64,000 nucleotides of DNA from Candidatus Heimdallarchaeum endolithica (lineage in GTDB: Archaea > Asgardarchaeota > Heimdallarchaeia > Heimdallarchaeales > Heimdallarchaeaceae). The stretch lies in assembly GCA_021513715.1 (NCBI GenBank), contig CP084167.1, positions 1,024,001-1,088,000 of the forward strand, given 5' to 3'. Below the pieces are notes generated by a model. That model made no database searches and was not told the DNA's origin. It saw only the letters and a program-made list of their open reading frames with translations. The translations under genes were made by a program, and so were the position numbers. Each line of letters begins with the position of its first letter. The stretch's first letter is position 1. This document shows positions 19,678 through 31,500 of this stretch, piece by piece.

Positions 19678-20580
19678 ATGGTGAGACAGATGGAAAAATT
19701 AAGAAGTATGGAAAAAACTTATCAAACACTTACTTTTGATAATAAAGTAATTAACTTACCTGGAGGAGAAATATCTTTATCTGTTCTTTCTCAAGAAGAT
19801 ACTGTTATTCCTTCTCACTCAGGTTCTATCGTAAGAGGAGCCTTCTTGAATTTGATCTCAACTATTGACTATTCATTAGCTGATAAACTACATAATGGAA
19901 ATAATGTAAGGCCTTACTCTGTAGAGTCCATAAAAAAAATTAGTGGAGAATACATCAAAAATAGAAGAAATGATTTAATAGTTAAAAAAGGAGAACTCTT
20001 AAAATTAAAACTCAAGGTGCTGGATTCAGATATTTTACGCGCTTTAATTGAACATTTCATGCAATCCTCTCTTCCAAAGATTGATCTTGTTGGTAAAGAA
20101 TATGTTATCTCTGATCTAGTATATAATATTAAAAGAGTTGAACTGAAAAAAAGAGCTTTCAAACTAAAAGTCAATTTCCTTTCTCCAACATACTTTTCAA
20201 TGATTAGTAGAGAGGACTCAATGTACTTCCCTGAACCCAAATATTTGTTCATGAACCTAGCCAAACTCTGGAATCTTTATAATAAAGAAGTATTTATCCC
20301 TGAAAAGCAATTCTACGAATGGTTAGATAAAAACGCAAGAATAAATGATTACTCAACTAGAACTAAAAGAGTTTATATCGGAAAAAGCACCCCCATAAAA
20401 GGATTTCAAGGATGGGCAGTCTACAGATTCTTAGAAGAAGAGAACTTTTTACCTTGGATTCATGTACTAGCCAAGTTCGGAGAGTTATCTAATGTAGGAG
20501 GAAGTAGAACTGCAGGATTTGGAGTAATGAGAGCTAAATGGTTAGACATCAATGAAAATGATGAACAAAAGAAAAAGTAA
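19678..20580 (+). CDS. cas6: Cas6 endoribonuclease
   Basis: 'LH...VRPYSV', 'FLSPTYF' and G-loop 'NVGGSRTAGFG'. Confidence 0.93.
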   Translation: MVRQMEKLRSMEKTYQTLTFDNKVINLPGGEISLSVLSQEDTVIPSHSGSIVRGAFLNLISTIDYSLADKLHNGNNVRPYSVESIKKISGEYIKNRRNDLIVKKGELLKLKLKVLDSDILRALIEHFMQSSLPKIDLVGKEYVISDLVYNIKRVELKKRAFKLKVNFLSPTYFSMISREDSMYFPEPKYLFMNLAKLWNLYNKEVFIPEKQFYEWLDKNARINDYSTRTKRVYIGKSTPIKGFQGWAVYRFLEEENFLPWIHVLAKFGELSNVGGSRTAGFGVMRAKWLDINENDEQKKK

Positions 20581-20780
20581 TGAGTGAACCCCTTTTCAAT
20601 CTGAAATGATAGAGGTTATAATAAAACTAAAATCTGGAAAAGAAACACAAACAATTCATATTTTTTTTCTTTGAATTAAAACGTTATTTTTTCCTCCAGA
20701 ATAAAAAAAACAAAATAAGATAAAATTAGATAGAGAAAGTGTAGAAAAATACTTAATAAGCTATTAAATTCTAGAGTTAG

Positions 20781-22265
20781 ATGAGAAAAATAGGGGTTAT
20801 TAACCTACAAGAAGCTTTAGATGAAGCAAGGGGGATTATAGGAGAGAATTATGACCTTTTTAAGAGGTTAGTAACTTCTTTCTCAATAACAGCAAATAAA
20901 CCTACATGGGATATTGTAATTTTTTTAATAAGCTTAAAGCTAACAAAAGACCAAGAACAATTCAAGAAATGGATGGATTTTTGGGCAAAATATTCTTCAA
21001 CAAGGAAATATAAGAACATAAGATATCACGCTCCGAGCGCATTTTCACCTTTCTACAGTGAGATAGATATTGAAAAAAAATTTACTAAAATGATGCAATA
21101 TCTATATAATAGCGAAACTGAGCTAACAGAAAGCCAAAGTTGGAAACTTTTCTTTGAACTATTCTATAAACTTAGAGCAGTAATCAAACCAAAATTCAGT
21201 AAGGTAGAATTCAAGGTCTTTTTAACAATATTAGAAAAACAAACAACTAGTCTATCTTCTCTGAATGAAAGTTTAAAAATGGCTAAGTCAAACTTATCCA
21301 ACTATTTAAAAAGAATTAGAGAAAAAAGGGTCATCTTTGAAGGATTCTTAATTAACTTAAGAAAATTTGATCTAAATATGTTTTTTTCAAGAATCAAATA
21401 TCCTTTATCATACAAAGAAAAAGTAACTAATAACGTCCCAAAAGGAAAATTCTTGAGGAGAATCTACGAAGGACATATTGGTTGCAACTACTATTTAATG
21501 AGCTATCTAGCCCCAAACATAGATAAAATTGAACAATATCTAGAAAATGATAAAAGAGTAATTTTAGACACAATTCCAAATGCAGAAATAGATATTCTAA
21601 AAAGTGATAGAAATAGCAGACTTTACTCATTTAACTATATAAACTATGATTTAAAAAAGGGAAAATGGAATTTTGATATTGATGATATAAATTATAATCT
21701 TTTCCTTTTCAAAAGTAAAAATAAAATCAAAAATAAAAGAACTATTAAGATAATAGAAAATTTCCCAATTGATGATAATAAAGAGTTGAAGTTTGATAGA
21801 GAAACGCTAAACATACTAAAGTTTTTCTATAAAAATCCACAAAAGTCAATTTCACAAATTATTCAAGAATTGGATATAAGAGAAAGTAAAATTAGAGAAG
21901 CAATAGCTAACTTTGAAAAAAAGAATATACTAAAAAGAAGAGTAAATCCAGGGTCAGTATTTGGGCTTACAAACATTATATTCTTTCTAAAAGAAAAAAA
22001 AGAAAAAATAAGAGAAATACATGAAGATCTATCGTTCTTTCCAGAAATATATAGTGAACCAATGATTAACAAAAAAACAAAACAAGAAGAACTTATGATA
22101 ATCATAAGATCACCAGAAACAATACTGTTACCAGTCCTAGATTCTATCTATAGGAAATATGAAAGAAAAATAGTAGACCTGTTTGTTATAGACCAGATGT
22201 ACTCAACTAGACAAGATCTACCACTAGAAAACTTCGACACACTGTTCAAAAAATGGGAAATATAA
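20781..22265 (+). CDS. Protein with two HTH modules (MarR/Lrp-like); putative regulator
   Basis: 'SLSSLNESLKMAKSNLSNYLKRIREKRVI' and 'SISQIIQELDIRESKIREAIANFEKKNIL'. Confidence 0.6.
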   Translation: MRKIGVINLQEALDEARGIIGENYDLFKRLVTSFSITANKPTWDIVIFLISLKLTKDQEQFKKWMDFWAKYSSTRKYKNIRYHAPSAFSPFYSEIDIEKKFTKMMQYLYNSETELTESQSWKLFFELFYKLRAVIKPKFSKVEFKVFLTILEKQTTSLSSLNESLKMAKSNLSNYLKRIREKRVIFEGFLINLRKFDLNMFFSRIKYPLSYKEKVTNNVPKGKFLRRIYEGHIGCNYYLMSYLAPNIDKIEQYLENDKRVILDTIPNAEIDILKSDRNSRLYSFNYINYDLKKGKWNFDIDDINYNLFLFKSKNKIKNKRTIKIIENFPIDDNKELKFDRETLNILKFFYKNPQKSISQIIQELDIRESKIREAIANFEKKNILKRRVNPGSVFGLTNIIFFLKEKKEKIREIHEDLSFFPEIYSEPMINKKTKQEELMIIIRSPETILLPVLDSIYRKYERKIVDLFVIDQMYSTRQDLPLENFDTLFKKWEI

Positions 22266-22421
22266 ATCATAATTTAAGATTTAAGTTTTCTAACCAGAAG
22301 CGGAAAATAAGACAGATTGTAATAAAAACTAGAAAAAATTATTAAAAATAGAATAGAAAATATAACTTTTTTTTGAAAATAGTAAAGTTAAATACTTTCT
22401 AAAAAAATAGTCTTATTTAAA

Positions 22422-23357
22422 GTGATTTTTTTGACACAGAATATCGAGTATATAGAAGGAATAAGAAATCAATATCAAGTAGCAAAAAGTGAATTAGAAG
22501 AAATTTTCTTTCCTACTGTAGTAACAAGATATTCAGTTATCTTGGGCTCAGGAACAACTTACCACACATATTTAATTGCAAGAAATGCGAATTTAGATTA
22601 TTATAGAATAACACTAAATGGGTTGATAGACCTAAATTTTGGCAAAAAAGTGTGTTTAACTTGTGGGAAAAAAATAAACGAAAACGAAACTAAGACATAT
22701 TGTAATAATTGCACTACTGAGGAAGAAGAAAAATACAAAAACTGTTTATTTCACTCACCTTTCAAATATTACAATAAAAAATGCACATTAGAATATCAAC
22801 CGTGCCAAGTATTAGGAAATAGAGAAAAGTGCTATTCTAAATACATCCTCTATTTTGGCAGATTCGGTGAAAAAATAAAAGTTGGAATATCGAGATTTAG
22901 TTATGGAAAATATAAATACAAAAGAATAATTGAACAAGGTCTAAATGAAGCAATAGTAGTCTATCCATTTAACTCACTCCCTGAAGTGACATTTTACGAA
23001 AGAATGTTGATCGATGAATTAGGTTTAGCAGAAAAGATTACTTTTGAGGAAAAAGTAGAAGCTTTACTTAATCCAACTTTTATTGAAATAGAAACATATT
23101 ATCCTCTAAAACAAATAAAAGAACTCTTTTACAACAAAAAATTGAAAAAAATCGATGTTTATCCTGATAACTTGCTTGAAAATGTAGTTTCATCTTCTTT
23201 TGATATAACACTAAAAAAGAACATCAAGAAATTGAGTGGGACAATAATCTTCACCCAGGGAAACGTGGGAATAATAAAAAAGACAAATGAACTAACATTT
23301 TTTGATATAAGTAAACTTGTAGGAAGAGAATTAGAAAGAAGGAATGAAGAATGGTAG
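22422..23357 (+). CDS. DUF2797-like Zn-finger protein
   Basis: CLTC...YCNNC, further Cys residues, and 'YILYFG...KIKVGISR...RIIEQG'. Overlaps the cas1 start. Confidence 0.7.
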   Translation: MIFLTQNIEYIEGIRNQYQVAKSELEEIFFPTVVTRYSVILGSGTTYHTYLIARNANLDYYRITLNGLIDLNFGKKVCLTCGKKINENETKTYCNNCTTEEEEKYKNCLFHSPFKYYNKKCTLEYQPCQVLGNREKCYSKYILYFGRFGEKIKVGISRFSYGKYKYKRIIEQGLNEAIVVYPFNSLPEVTFYERMLIDELGLAEKITFEEKVEALLNPTFIEIETYYPLKQIKELFYNKKLKKIDVYPDNLLENVVSSSFDITLKKNIKKLSGTIIFTQGNVGIIKKTNELTFFDISKLVGRELERRNEEW

Positions 23358-24385
23358 TATTGGTCTTAACTTCTCACGGAACAAAACTAGGAAGAAAAAA
23401 AGAAATGTTCAAAATAACTAGACCAGATACAGAGTTTCAAGAAGAGCTATTTGCAGCAGAAACAGTAGAAGAAATAATAGTAGAATCTACAGGAAGTATT
23501 TCAACTGAAGCAGTAAAACTGGCTTCAAGATACGCAATACCCATTCTTTTTGTTTATGGTAATGAACCTATAGCCTGTCTGACTCCTTTTGCATCACACG
23601 GAACAGTAAGAGTAAGAAGAGCACAAATTAAAGCCTATGAAACAAAAATAGGAGTAAGATTCTGCAAAGAAATAATAAAAGCAGCAACAGATAACAAAAT
23701 TAAGATAATAAAAGAGATGGTAAGAGTAAGAAAACTAGATAAAAATATAGCAGGAACTATAAAAAATGAAATAAACAAAATGGACTATCTAAAAGCAAAA
23801 CTAAAGGAAATAAAAAAAGAAAAAATAGACGAATGTAGAGAAGAGATATTCACAAAAGAATCAGAGATAACCAAGATATATTATGGCTGCCTACAAAAAA
23901 TGCTACCAAAAGAGATAAACTTCAATGGAAGAACAAGAAGACCTCCTAAAGACCCAGTAAACGTGTTATTAAGCTATGGATATGCAGTGCTAACAGCACA
24001 AATACACAAATCAGTAATAATTGCAGGGTTAGAACCCTACGCAGGTTTTTTACATACAGATAGAGCAGGAAAAGTATCTTTTGTACTTGATCTAATAGAA
24101 ATATTCAGACAACCAGTAGTAGATAGGCTAGCGTTAACACTAATAGAAAAAAAGATGATTAAAAAAGAAGATTTCGAAAAAAGGGAAGAAAATAATGGAC
24201 TGAGAATGAAAGAAAAAACAAAAAAGAAGTTCCTAGAATACCTATTCGAAAAAATTAGAACAGAAAATGTAAACTATAAAGGAATAAAGACAAGCTACCA
24301 GAGAATATTCGTAGATCAAGCAAGGAAAGCAGGAGAGTTCTTCATAAATAAAGTAAATTATGAGCCATACTCAATAAAAAAATAA
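23351..24385 (+). CDS. cas1: Cas1 integrase
   Basis: 'FNGRTRRPPKDPVNVLLSYGY', 'GLEPYAGFLH' and 'SFVLDLIEIFRQPVVD'. Confidence 0.97.
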   Translation: MVVLVLTSHGTKLGRKKEMFKITRPDTEFQEELFAAETVEEIIVESTGSISTEAVKLASRYAIPILFVYGNEPIACLTPFASHGTVRVRRAQIKAYETKIGVRFCKEIIKAATDNKIKIIKEMVRVRKLDKNIAGTIKNEINKMDYLKAKLKEIKKEKIDECREEIFTKESEITKIYYGCLQKMLPKEINFNGRTRRPPKDPVNVLLSYGYAVLTAQIHKSVIIAGLEPYAGFLHTDRAGKVSFVLDLIEIFRQPVVDRLALTLIEKKMIKKEDFEKREENNGLRMKEKTKKKFLEYLFEKIRTENVNYKGIKTSYQRIFVDQARKAGEFFINKVNYEPYSIKK

Positions 24386-24395
24386 AGGGAAAAAA

Positions 24396-24818
24396 ATGGA
24401 ATACATAATATGCTACGATATATCAAAAGATGAAATAAGAGAAAAAGTAGCAGAAATATGCCAAAATAGAGGATTTAGAAGAATACAATATTCAGTTTTT
24501 TACGGAAATGTGACAAAAAATATACTAGAAACAACAATAATGGAAATAAAAGAAAAAACAAAAGGAGAACAAGCAGAAATATTTATTGGACAAATATGTG
24601 AAAAATGCGCGAAAAATAAAATATTCTATGTGTCAGAAGAAAAAAAGAAAGAAAACAAGGCAAATGAAGAGGAAAATGAAGAAGAATTAGAACCAAAAAA
24701 AGTAGAAGAGAAAAAAAATAACAAAAACAAAAAAAGAGAAAGGAAAAGAAAAAACAAAACAAAGACTGATGTACAAACAATTATGGATACTCTAAAGAAA
24801 GGAGTAATTATACTATGA
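24396..24818 (+). CDS. cas2: Cas2 with long charged insertion
   Basis: 'YIICYDIS...RIQYSVFYG' and 'ICEKC'. Confidence 0.93.
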   Translation: MEYIICYDISKDEIREKVAEICQNRGFRRIQYSVFYGNVTKNILETTIMEIKEKTKGEQAEIFIGQICEKCAKNKIFYVSEEKKKENKANEEENEEELEPKKVEEKKNNKNKKRERKRKNKTKTDVQTIMDTLKKGVIIL

Positions 24819-25390
24819 TCAGAGAACAAGTCAGTGAACAAGAAAAGATATGGATAAACTTTGAAGCAGTAAGACAGTTCTTTTATTGCAAAAGAAAAAT
24901 ATATTTTAGATACTGCGCAAAATTCAAAGGATACAAAAGCTATAAAATGGTTAAAGGAACAGAATACCACAACTATAAATTCAAAAGAAAAGAAAAAATA
25001 AATGAAAAAAAGAATTTCTGGGTGGAAAATGAAAAATTAAAAGTGAGAGGATTTATAGACTATATTATAAAAACAAAAGACAATGAAACAATAATAGGAG
25101 ACTATAAACAAAAATATCCATACAAAGGAAAAATACCAGAACAGTATAAAATGCAACTAGTAATAGAAGCAGTCGCTCTTCAACCAAAAGTAAATATAAA
25201 AAAAGTAGAAATAAAATTACCAAAAGGAAAAAAAATACAAGAAGAAATAAAAGAAGAGGAAATAAAAAAAGTAATAAAAGCAATAAAAGAAATAAGAAAA
25301 ATAATAAAAAAAGAAGAAATACCTGAACAAACAAAAATAAAAAGTAAATGTAAAGACTGTGAATGCAGAAATATGTGCCAACCAATGTAA
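24815..25390 (+). CDS. cas4: Cas4 RecB-like nuclease
   Basis: 'FFYCKRK', 'GTEYH', 'GFIDY...GDYK', 'MQL' and C-terminal CxxCxxxxxC Fe-S ligands. Confidence 0.92.
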   Translation: MIREQVSEQEKIWINFEAVRQFFYCKRKIYFRYCAKFKGYKSYKMVKGTEYHNYKFKRKEKINEKKNFWVENEKLKVRGFIDYIIKTKDNETIIGDYKQKYPYKGKIPEQYKMQLVIEAVALQPKVNIKKVEIKLPKGKKIQEEIKEEEIKKVIKAIKEIRKIIKKEEIPEQTKIKSKCKDCECRNMCQPM

Positions 25391-25591
25391 AAATCAAAAA
25401 AAAAGAAAAATTGAGGGAAAAAGATCTTTTATAAACAATTTTTTTCACAAGAGTCATTTATAAATAAAAAATTACACAAAATTTATAAAAAAAATGAATC
25501 TCTTTATAAATGAACTGACAACTTTGACAGATTCAAAAAAAGAGAAAATAAAAAAGGCTCAAAGAGCAATATTATAAAGAAATAGGTATGT
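25391..25591 (+). promoter_or_regulatory. CRISPR leader
   Basis: AT-rich non-coding 200 bp between cas4 and the first repeat, with several TTTATAAA boxes. The degenerate repeats lie at the opposite end of the array. Confidence 0.8.
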
Positions 25592-28500
25592 GTTGCAATT
25601 AGGATCTCAGAATAGTGAGAATTGAAATTTTCCCGTGTAAGCGTTCTAGCAACATAGAAGAAAGCTCGTTGCAATTAGGATCTCAGAATAGTGAGAATTG
25701 AAATTATAGTAACGGAATTTGAAGAAAAGACAAGGTGGTTCTAGTTGCAATTAGGATCTCAGAATAGTGAGAATTGAAATAAACCCAAGCCCGCTCTAAA
25801 CGAAACTGACAAACTCAAGAAGTTGCAATTAGGATCTCAGAATAGTGAGAATTGAAATCATTTTTAGTCCGCCCACTGTTGCTATGATTTGGAAAAGTTG
25901 TTGCAATTAGGATCTCAGAATAGTGAGAATTGAAATACCACCCAACAAATCACAATAAGTGATCTTGATATGCCAGGTTGCAATTAGGATCTCAGAATAG
26001 TGAGAATTGAAATTTTATTTTTTCTATTACAGCCATTTTTTTCACTTCCTAAGTTGCAATTAGGATCTCAGAATAGTGAGAATTGAAATTTTACTTTCAT
26101 TCTTGGTATTAACGAATATTCTAAAACCTGTTGCAATTAGGATCTCAGAATAGTGAGAATTGAAATTGACCATTTTTCTTTCAATTCATCTACTGAATTA
26201 AAAGTGTTGCAATTAGGATCTCAGAATAGTGAGAATTGAAATGAATAATAAATGGTCAAAGTATAAGTTGCTTCTTCTAATTGTTGCAATTAGGATCTCA
26301 GAATAGTGAGAATTGAAATACTGTTGCACATTTCCAGGGTAATTGATTCTTCCATAGTGTTGCAATTAGGATCTCAGAATAGTGAGAATTGAAATCAAGT
26401 CTGTTGTAGTTTTGTATAACTTGTGGAGGATAAGCGTTGCAATTAGGATCTCAGAATAGTGAGAATTGAAATCCTGTTCAAAAGTCATGATTGCTGGTGA
26501 TGGAACACAGGCGTTGCAATTAGGATCTCAGAATAGTGAGAATTGAAATACATCATTTATAAACTGTTGTATTCGCAAACATGCAAACAAGTTGCAATTA
26601 GGATCTCAGAATAGTGAGAATTGAAATTTTATTAGTTCTTCGCTCATTTTTTCTGCTATTAATCGGTTGCAATTAGGATCTCAGAATAGTGAGAATTGAA
26701 ATAATGACAGTAGAGAAGGACATCCAACCGAGCGAGGAAATAAGTTGCAATTAGGATCTCAGAATAGTGAGAATTGAAATTTATTTTTTATACCTATGAA
26801 TGCTTTAACAAGATAAACAGGTTGCAATTAGGATCTCAGAATAGTGAGAATTGAAATCCTTTTGAGGAATCTGACTTCGCTATTAACAGTCTCTAATGTT
26901 GCAATTAGGATCTCAGAATAGTGAGAATTGAAATGATAACTGCCCCTGACCAGAAAAAAGAAACCGCTTTACGTGGTGTGTTGCAATTAGGATCTCAGAA
27001 TAGTGAGAATTGAAATTTATACAAAAAGCAAATACAGGAACAAGAACAGCAGGAGAAGGTTGCAATTAGGATCTCAGAATAGTGAGAATTGAAATACTTC
27101 TGAACGGATCATTATATGCAAACCTTTACCACTGCTTGTTGCAATTAGGATCTCAGAATAGTGAGAATTGAAATCCCTTTTTACTTTTTCCTTTTCCCTT
27201 TCTTCTACTAACTCGTTGCAATTAGGATCTCAGAATAGTGAGAATTGAAATCATAAATTAGATAGAGTAACGTTAATATTACTAATCCTGTTAGTTGCAA
27301 TTAGGATCTCAGAATAGTGAGAATTGAAATTTTGATGGTTTAGACGTTATTATTTCTACTACTGGAAGTTAGTTGCAATTAGGATCTCAGAATAGTGAGA
27401 ATTGAAATTCTATTTTTTCCTTATACGCACTATAAAAAACGTAAGGTTCTGTTGCAATTAGGATCTCAGAATAGTGAGAATTGAAATGGTCTTTACCCCA
27501 TGCAAATACCCATCCCTGCAGTTCATGGTTGCAATTAGGATCTCAGAATAGTGAGAATTGAAATCAGGATAGCAAAGCCAGAGCGTTTTGAAAGAGTCGA
27601 GGAAGTTGCAATTAGGATCTCAGAATAGTGAGAATTGAAATATAAAATCAAGTGCGAATATATCAACAGAAAGAGCACCACTAACGTTGCAATTAGGATC
27701 TCAGAATAGTGAGAATTGAAATAAAACTGTATTTTTTAACAGTTCTCGGAATTTTTCTAAAAGTTGTTGCAATTAGGATCTCAGAATAGTGAGAATTGAA
27801 ATTACATTATATAGTGCTTCAGAAAATTATGAGCGATTTAAAGGTTGCAATTAGGATCTCAGAATAGTGAGAATTGAAATGCTTATACTGAAAAGAAACT
27901 TTGGCTTGCTTCTGGAAATTAGTTGCAATTAGGATCTCAGAATAGTGAGAATTGAAATTCATTTAAAACACCTTTTATAATTCTTCAATTTTAATTGTTG
28001 CAATTAGGATCTCAGAATAGTGAGAATTGAAATTTTTGAATAATTTCTGTTCCATAGGAACTGCTATATTTATGTTGCAATTAGGATCTCAGAATAGTGA
28101 GAATTGAAATTTCTTTTCTTTTGGTTCTTCTGGTTCCGGAGGAAGAACGTTGCAATTAGGATCTCAGAATAGTGAGAATTGAAATAATTTTATAACCGCT
28201 AACTCTATAGATACCTATGAATGGTGTTGCAATTAGGATCTCAGAATAGTGAGAATTGAAATTCCTCTAAATTCATCACTCTTTCAGCTAATATTCTTGT
28301 TGTTGCAATTAGGATCTCAGAATAGTGAGAATTGAAATCTTTAGTTAAATCATTATTTAAACGAGTATTTAATAAAGTTGCAATTAGGATCTCAGAATAG
28401 TGAGAATTGAAATTCAAAAGACAAATAGACTTTCTCTATTCCCTCATCATCAACTGTTGCAATTAGGATCTCAGAATAGTGAGAATTGAAATTTAGTAAT

Positions 28501-31500
28501 AGGAAGACCAGAAGTGAAAAAGATTGCTTTATGTTGCAATTAGGATCTCAGAATAGTGAGAATTGAAATTTCCTATTCCGAGACCCATAGTCCAAATTTT
28601 CTTCAAATGTTGCAATTAGGATCTCAGAATAGTGAGAATTGAAATTTGAACTATGGCGTCGGAAGGCCAATCAAGAAAGGCCTCGTTGCAATTAGGATCT
28701 CAGAATAGTGAGAATTGAAATAACATAATTTAAATTTATCACTATTAAACAGCCTTTTGTTGAGGTTGCAATTAGGATCTCAGAATAGTGAGAATTGAAA
28801 TTTCATCACAGTGTCATCTACTCTTGGGTTTCTATCTAAATCTATGTTGCAATTAGGATCTCAGAATAGTGAGAATTGAAATGCAAGAAACTCTTACGGG
28901 GGCTGGAAAGATTTCGAGAACACGTTGCAATTAGGATCTCAGAATAGTGAGAATTGAAATAACTGGGAGATTGTTCTTCCTTGAAGAACCCATTAATTAT
29001 GTTGCAATTAGGATCTCAGAATAGTGAGAATTGAAATAAAATATAAAAGTCGTTTAAATTATCCTCTTCTTCTTGTTCGTTGCAATTAGGATCTCAGAAT
29101 AGTGAGAATTGAAATACAAAATAAGCAACAGCCCCAGTTCCTCCAGCAAGCAAAAAAGTTGCAATTAGGATCTCAGAATAGTGAGAATTGAAATATTATA
29201 TCAGCTTCAAGAACAGAAACGATGAGCGTACCGGTTGCAATTAGGATCTCAGAATAGTGAGAATTGAAATTTTCTCTAAATCAATATCAGTATATAGTTC
29301 TTTAGTTATTGTTGCAATTAGGATCTCAGAATAGTGAGAATTGAAATTAGAACTTCTTACAACCATCACATTGGAGTAGTTTAGGAAGTTGCAATTAGGA
29401 TCTCAGAATAGTGAGAATTGAAATCTGTTCTATTCCAATAAACACCAAACTTATTTACTCCGTGTTGCAATTAGGATCTCAGAATAGTGAGAATTGAAAT
29501 ATTACATAGCCATATTTTTCTGCCACCTGTTTTTGTGGTGTTGCAATTAGGATCTCAGAATAGTGAGAATTGAAATTTGAATTATTATAAAAATGTTAAA
29601 AACTTTACTACCATGTTGCAATTAGGATCTCAGAATAGTGAGAATTGAAATAAATTTTCTGTTAATTCTTTATATTCTTCATACTTCATTTTGTTGCAAT
29701 TAGGATCTCAGAATAGTGAGAATTGAAATAAAGATAAATGAGTTAGTTTCATCCGAATTTCTAAAAGCGGTTGCAATTAGGATCTCAGAATAGTGAGAAT
29801 TGAAATACAGTTAAGAAAAATATTGAAACCGTATTAGCCAGAAATAATGTTGCAATTAGGATCTCAGAATAGTGAGAATTGAAATACTAGGCAATGATAA
29901 GTAGAATTCTCTAAATTTAGAGGTTGCAATTAGGATCTCAGAATAGTGAGAATTGAAATCTAAATTACGTGTTCTTGATATGAACGAGTCTTTTAAGTTG
30001 CAATTAGGATCTCAGAATAGTGAGAATTGAAATCAAAGCTTGTTTTGGGGTTTCACACCCCAAAATCTTTGAAGTTGCAATTAGGATCTCAGAATAGTGA
30101 GAATTGAAATTTTTGAATCCGAATAATGTTAGAAAACCTACCGCTACAGTGTTGCAATTAGGATCTCAGAATAGTGAGAATTGAAATCGAACTTTTCTTG
30201 AAACTTCTTATAATTATACTCTGACTTTGTTGCAATTAGGATCTCAGAATAGTGAGAATTGAAATTTTGACTTTTACCCTGTTTATCTTTTAGCCTAATT
30301 CAGAGGTTGCAATTAGGATCTCAGAATAGTGAGAATTGAAATCCTATATTTCTTTCTAAACAGCATGGATATATGTTTAATATGGCTGTTGCAATTAGGA
30401 TCTCAGAATAGTGAGAATTGAAATCGAACTTTTCTTGAAACTTCTTATAATTATACTCTGACTTTGTTGCAATTAGGATCTCAGAATAGTGAGAATTGAA
30501 ATCCTTTCTTAATTCTTGAAATTTCAGTAATATCAGTTTCTTGTTGCAATTAGGATCTCAGAATAGTGAGAATTGAAATTATTTATCGTCTACAGGACGG
30601 ACTATAATAGGTTCAATATGTTGCAATTAGGATCTCAGAATAGTGAGAATTGAAATTTCAAAGTAAAATAGTGCCAATACTAACAAAAAATAAAGGAGTT
30701 GCAATTAGGATCTCAGAATAGTGAGAATTGAAATTGTTGAGGATAAATAAAAGCGTCAATATATAAATTTTCATAGTTGCAATTAGGATCTCAGAATAGT
30801 GAGAATTGAAATGGTATTCACTTCCTGTATCCATACGCCCTTTCAACATCTATTGTTGCAATTAGGATCTCAGAATAGTGAGAATTGAAATCCCCGTCGC
30901 CGCTACAACGTAGGTTTTGATTTATCCTGTGTTGCAATTAGGATCTCAGAATAGTGAGAATTGAAATTTCGTGAATGGACCTGGTTAGATATTTGGGCTT
31001 ATATTGTTGTTGCAATTAGGATCTCAGAATAGTGAGAATTGAAATTTTGCTTTCTTATAAAGAACTCTTACAGTGTCCTCAGCAGTGTTGCAATTAGGAT
31101 CTCAGAATAGTGAGAATTGAAATCCATAACTAAAAAGTTCGACCTGAAAACAAATGTTCAAGTTGCAATTAGGATCTCAGAATAGTGAGAATTGAAATGA
31201 CTTACTAAATTTTTTACGTTCAACTTTATCCCTAAATTTGTTGCAATTAGGATCTCAGAATAGTGAGAATTGAAATTCTCTTTTGCCTCCTATTTTTCTT
31301 GTATTGTGTAAGCATCGTTGCAATTAGGATCTCAGAATAGTGAGAATTGAAATCAAATAACGTAGAGTCTTGGACTAACCTTCTCATATTCGATATGTTG
31401 CAATTAGGATCTCAGAATAGTGAGAATTGAAATACTCTCACGATTCTTGCTTATACTTAAAGCGAGAATATCTGTTGCAATTAGGATCTCAGAATAGTGA

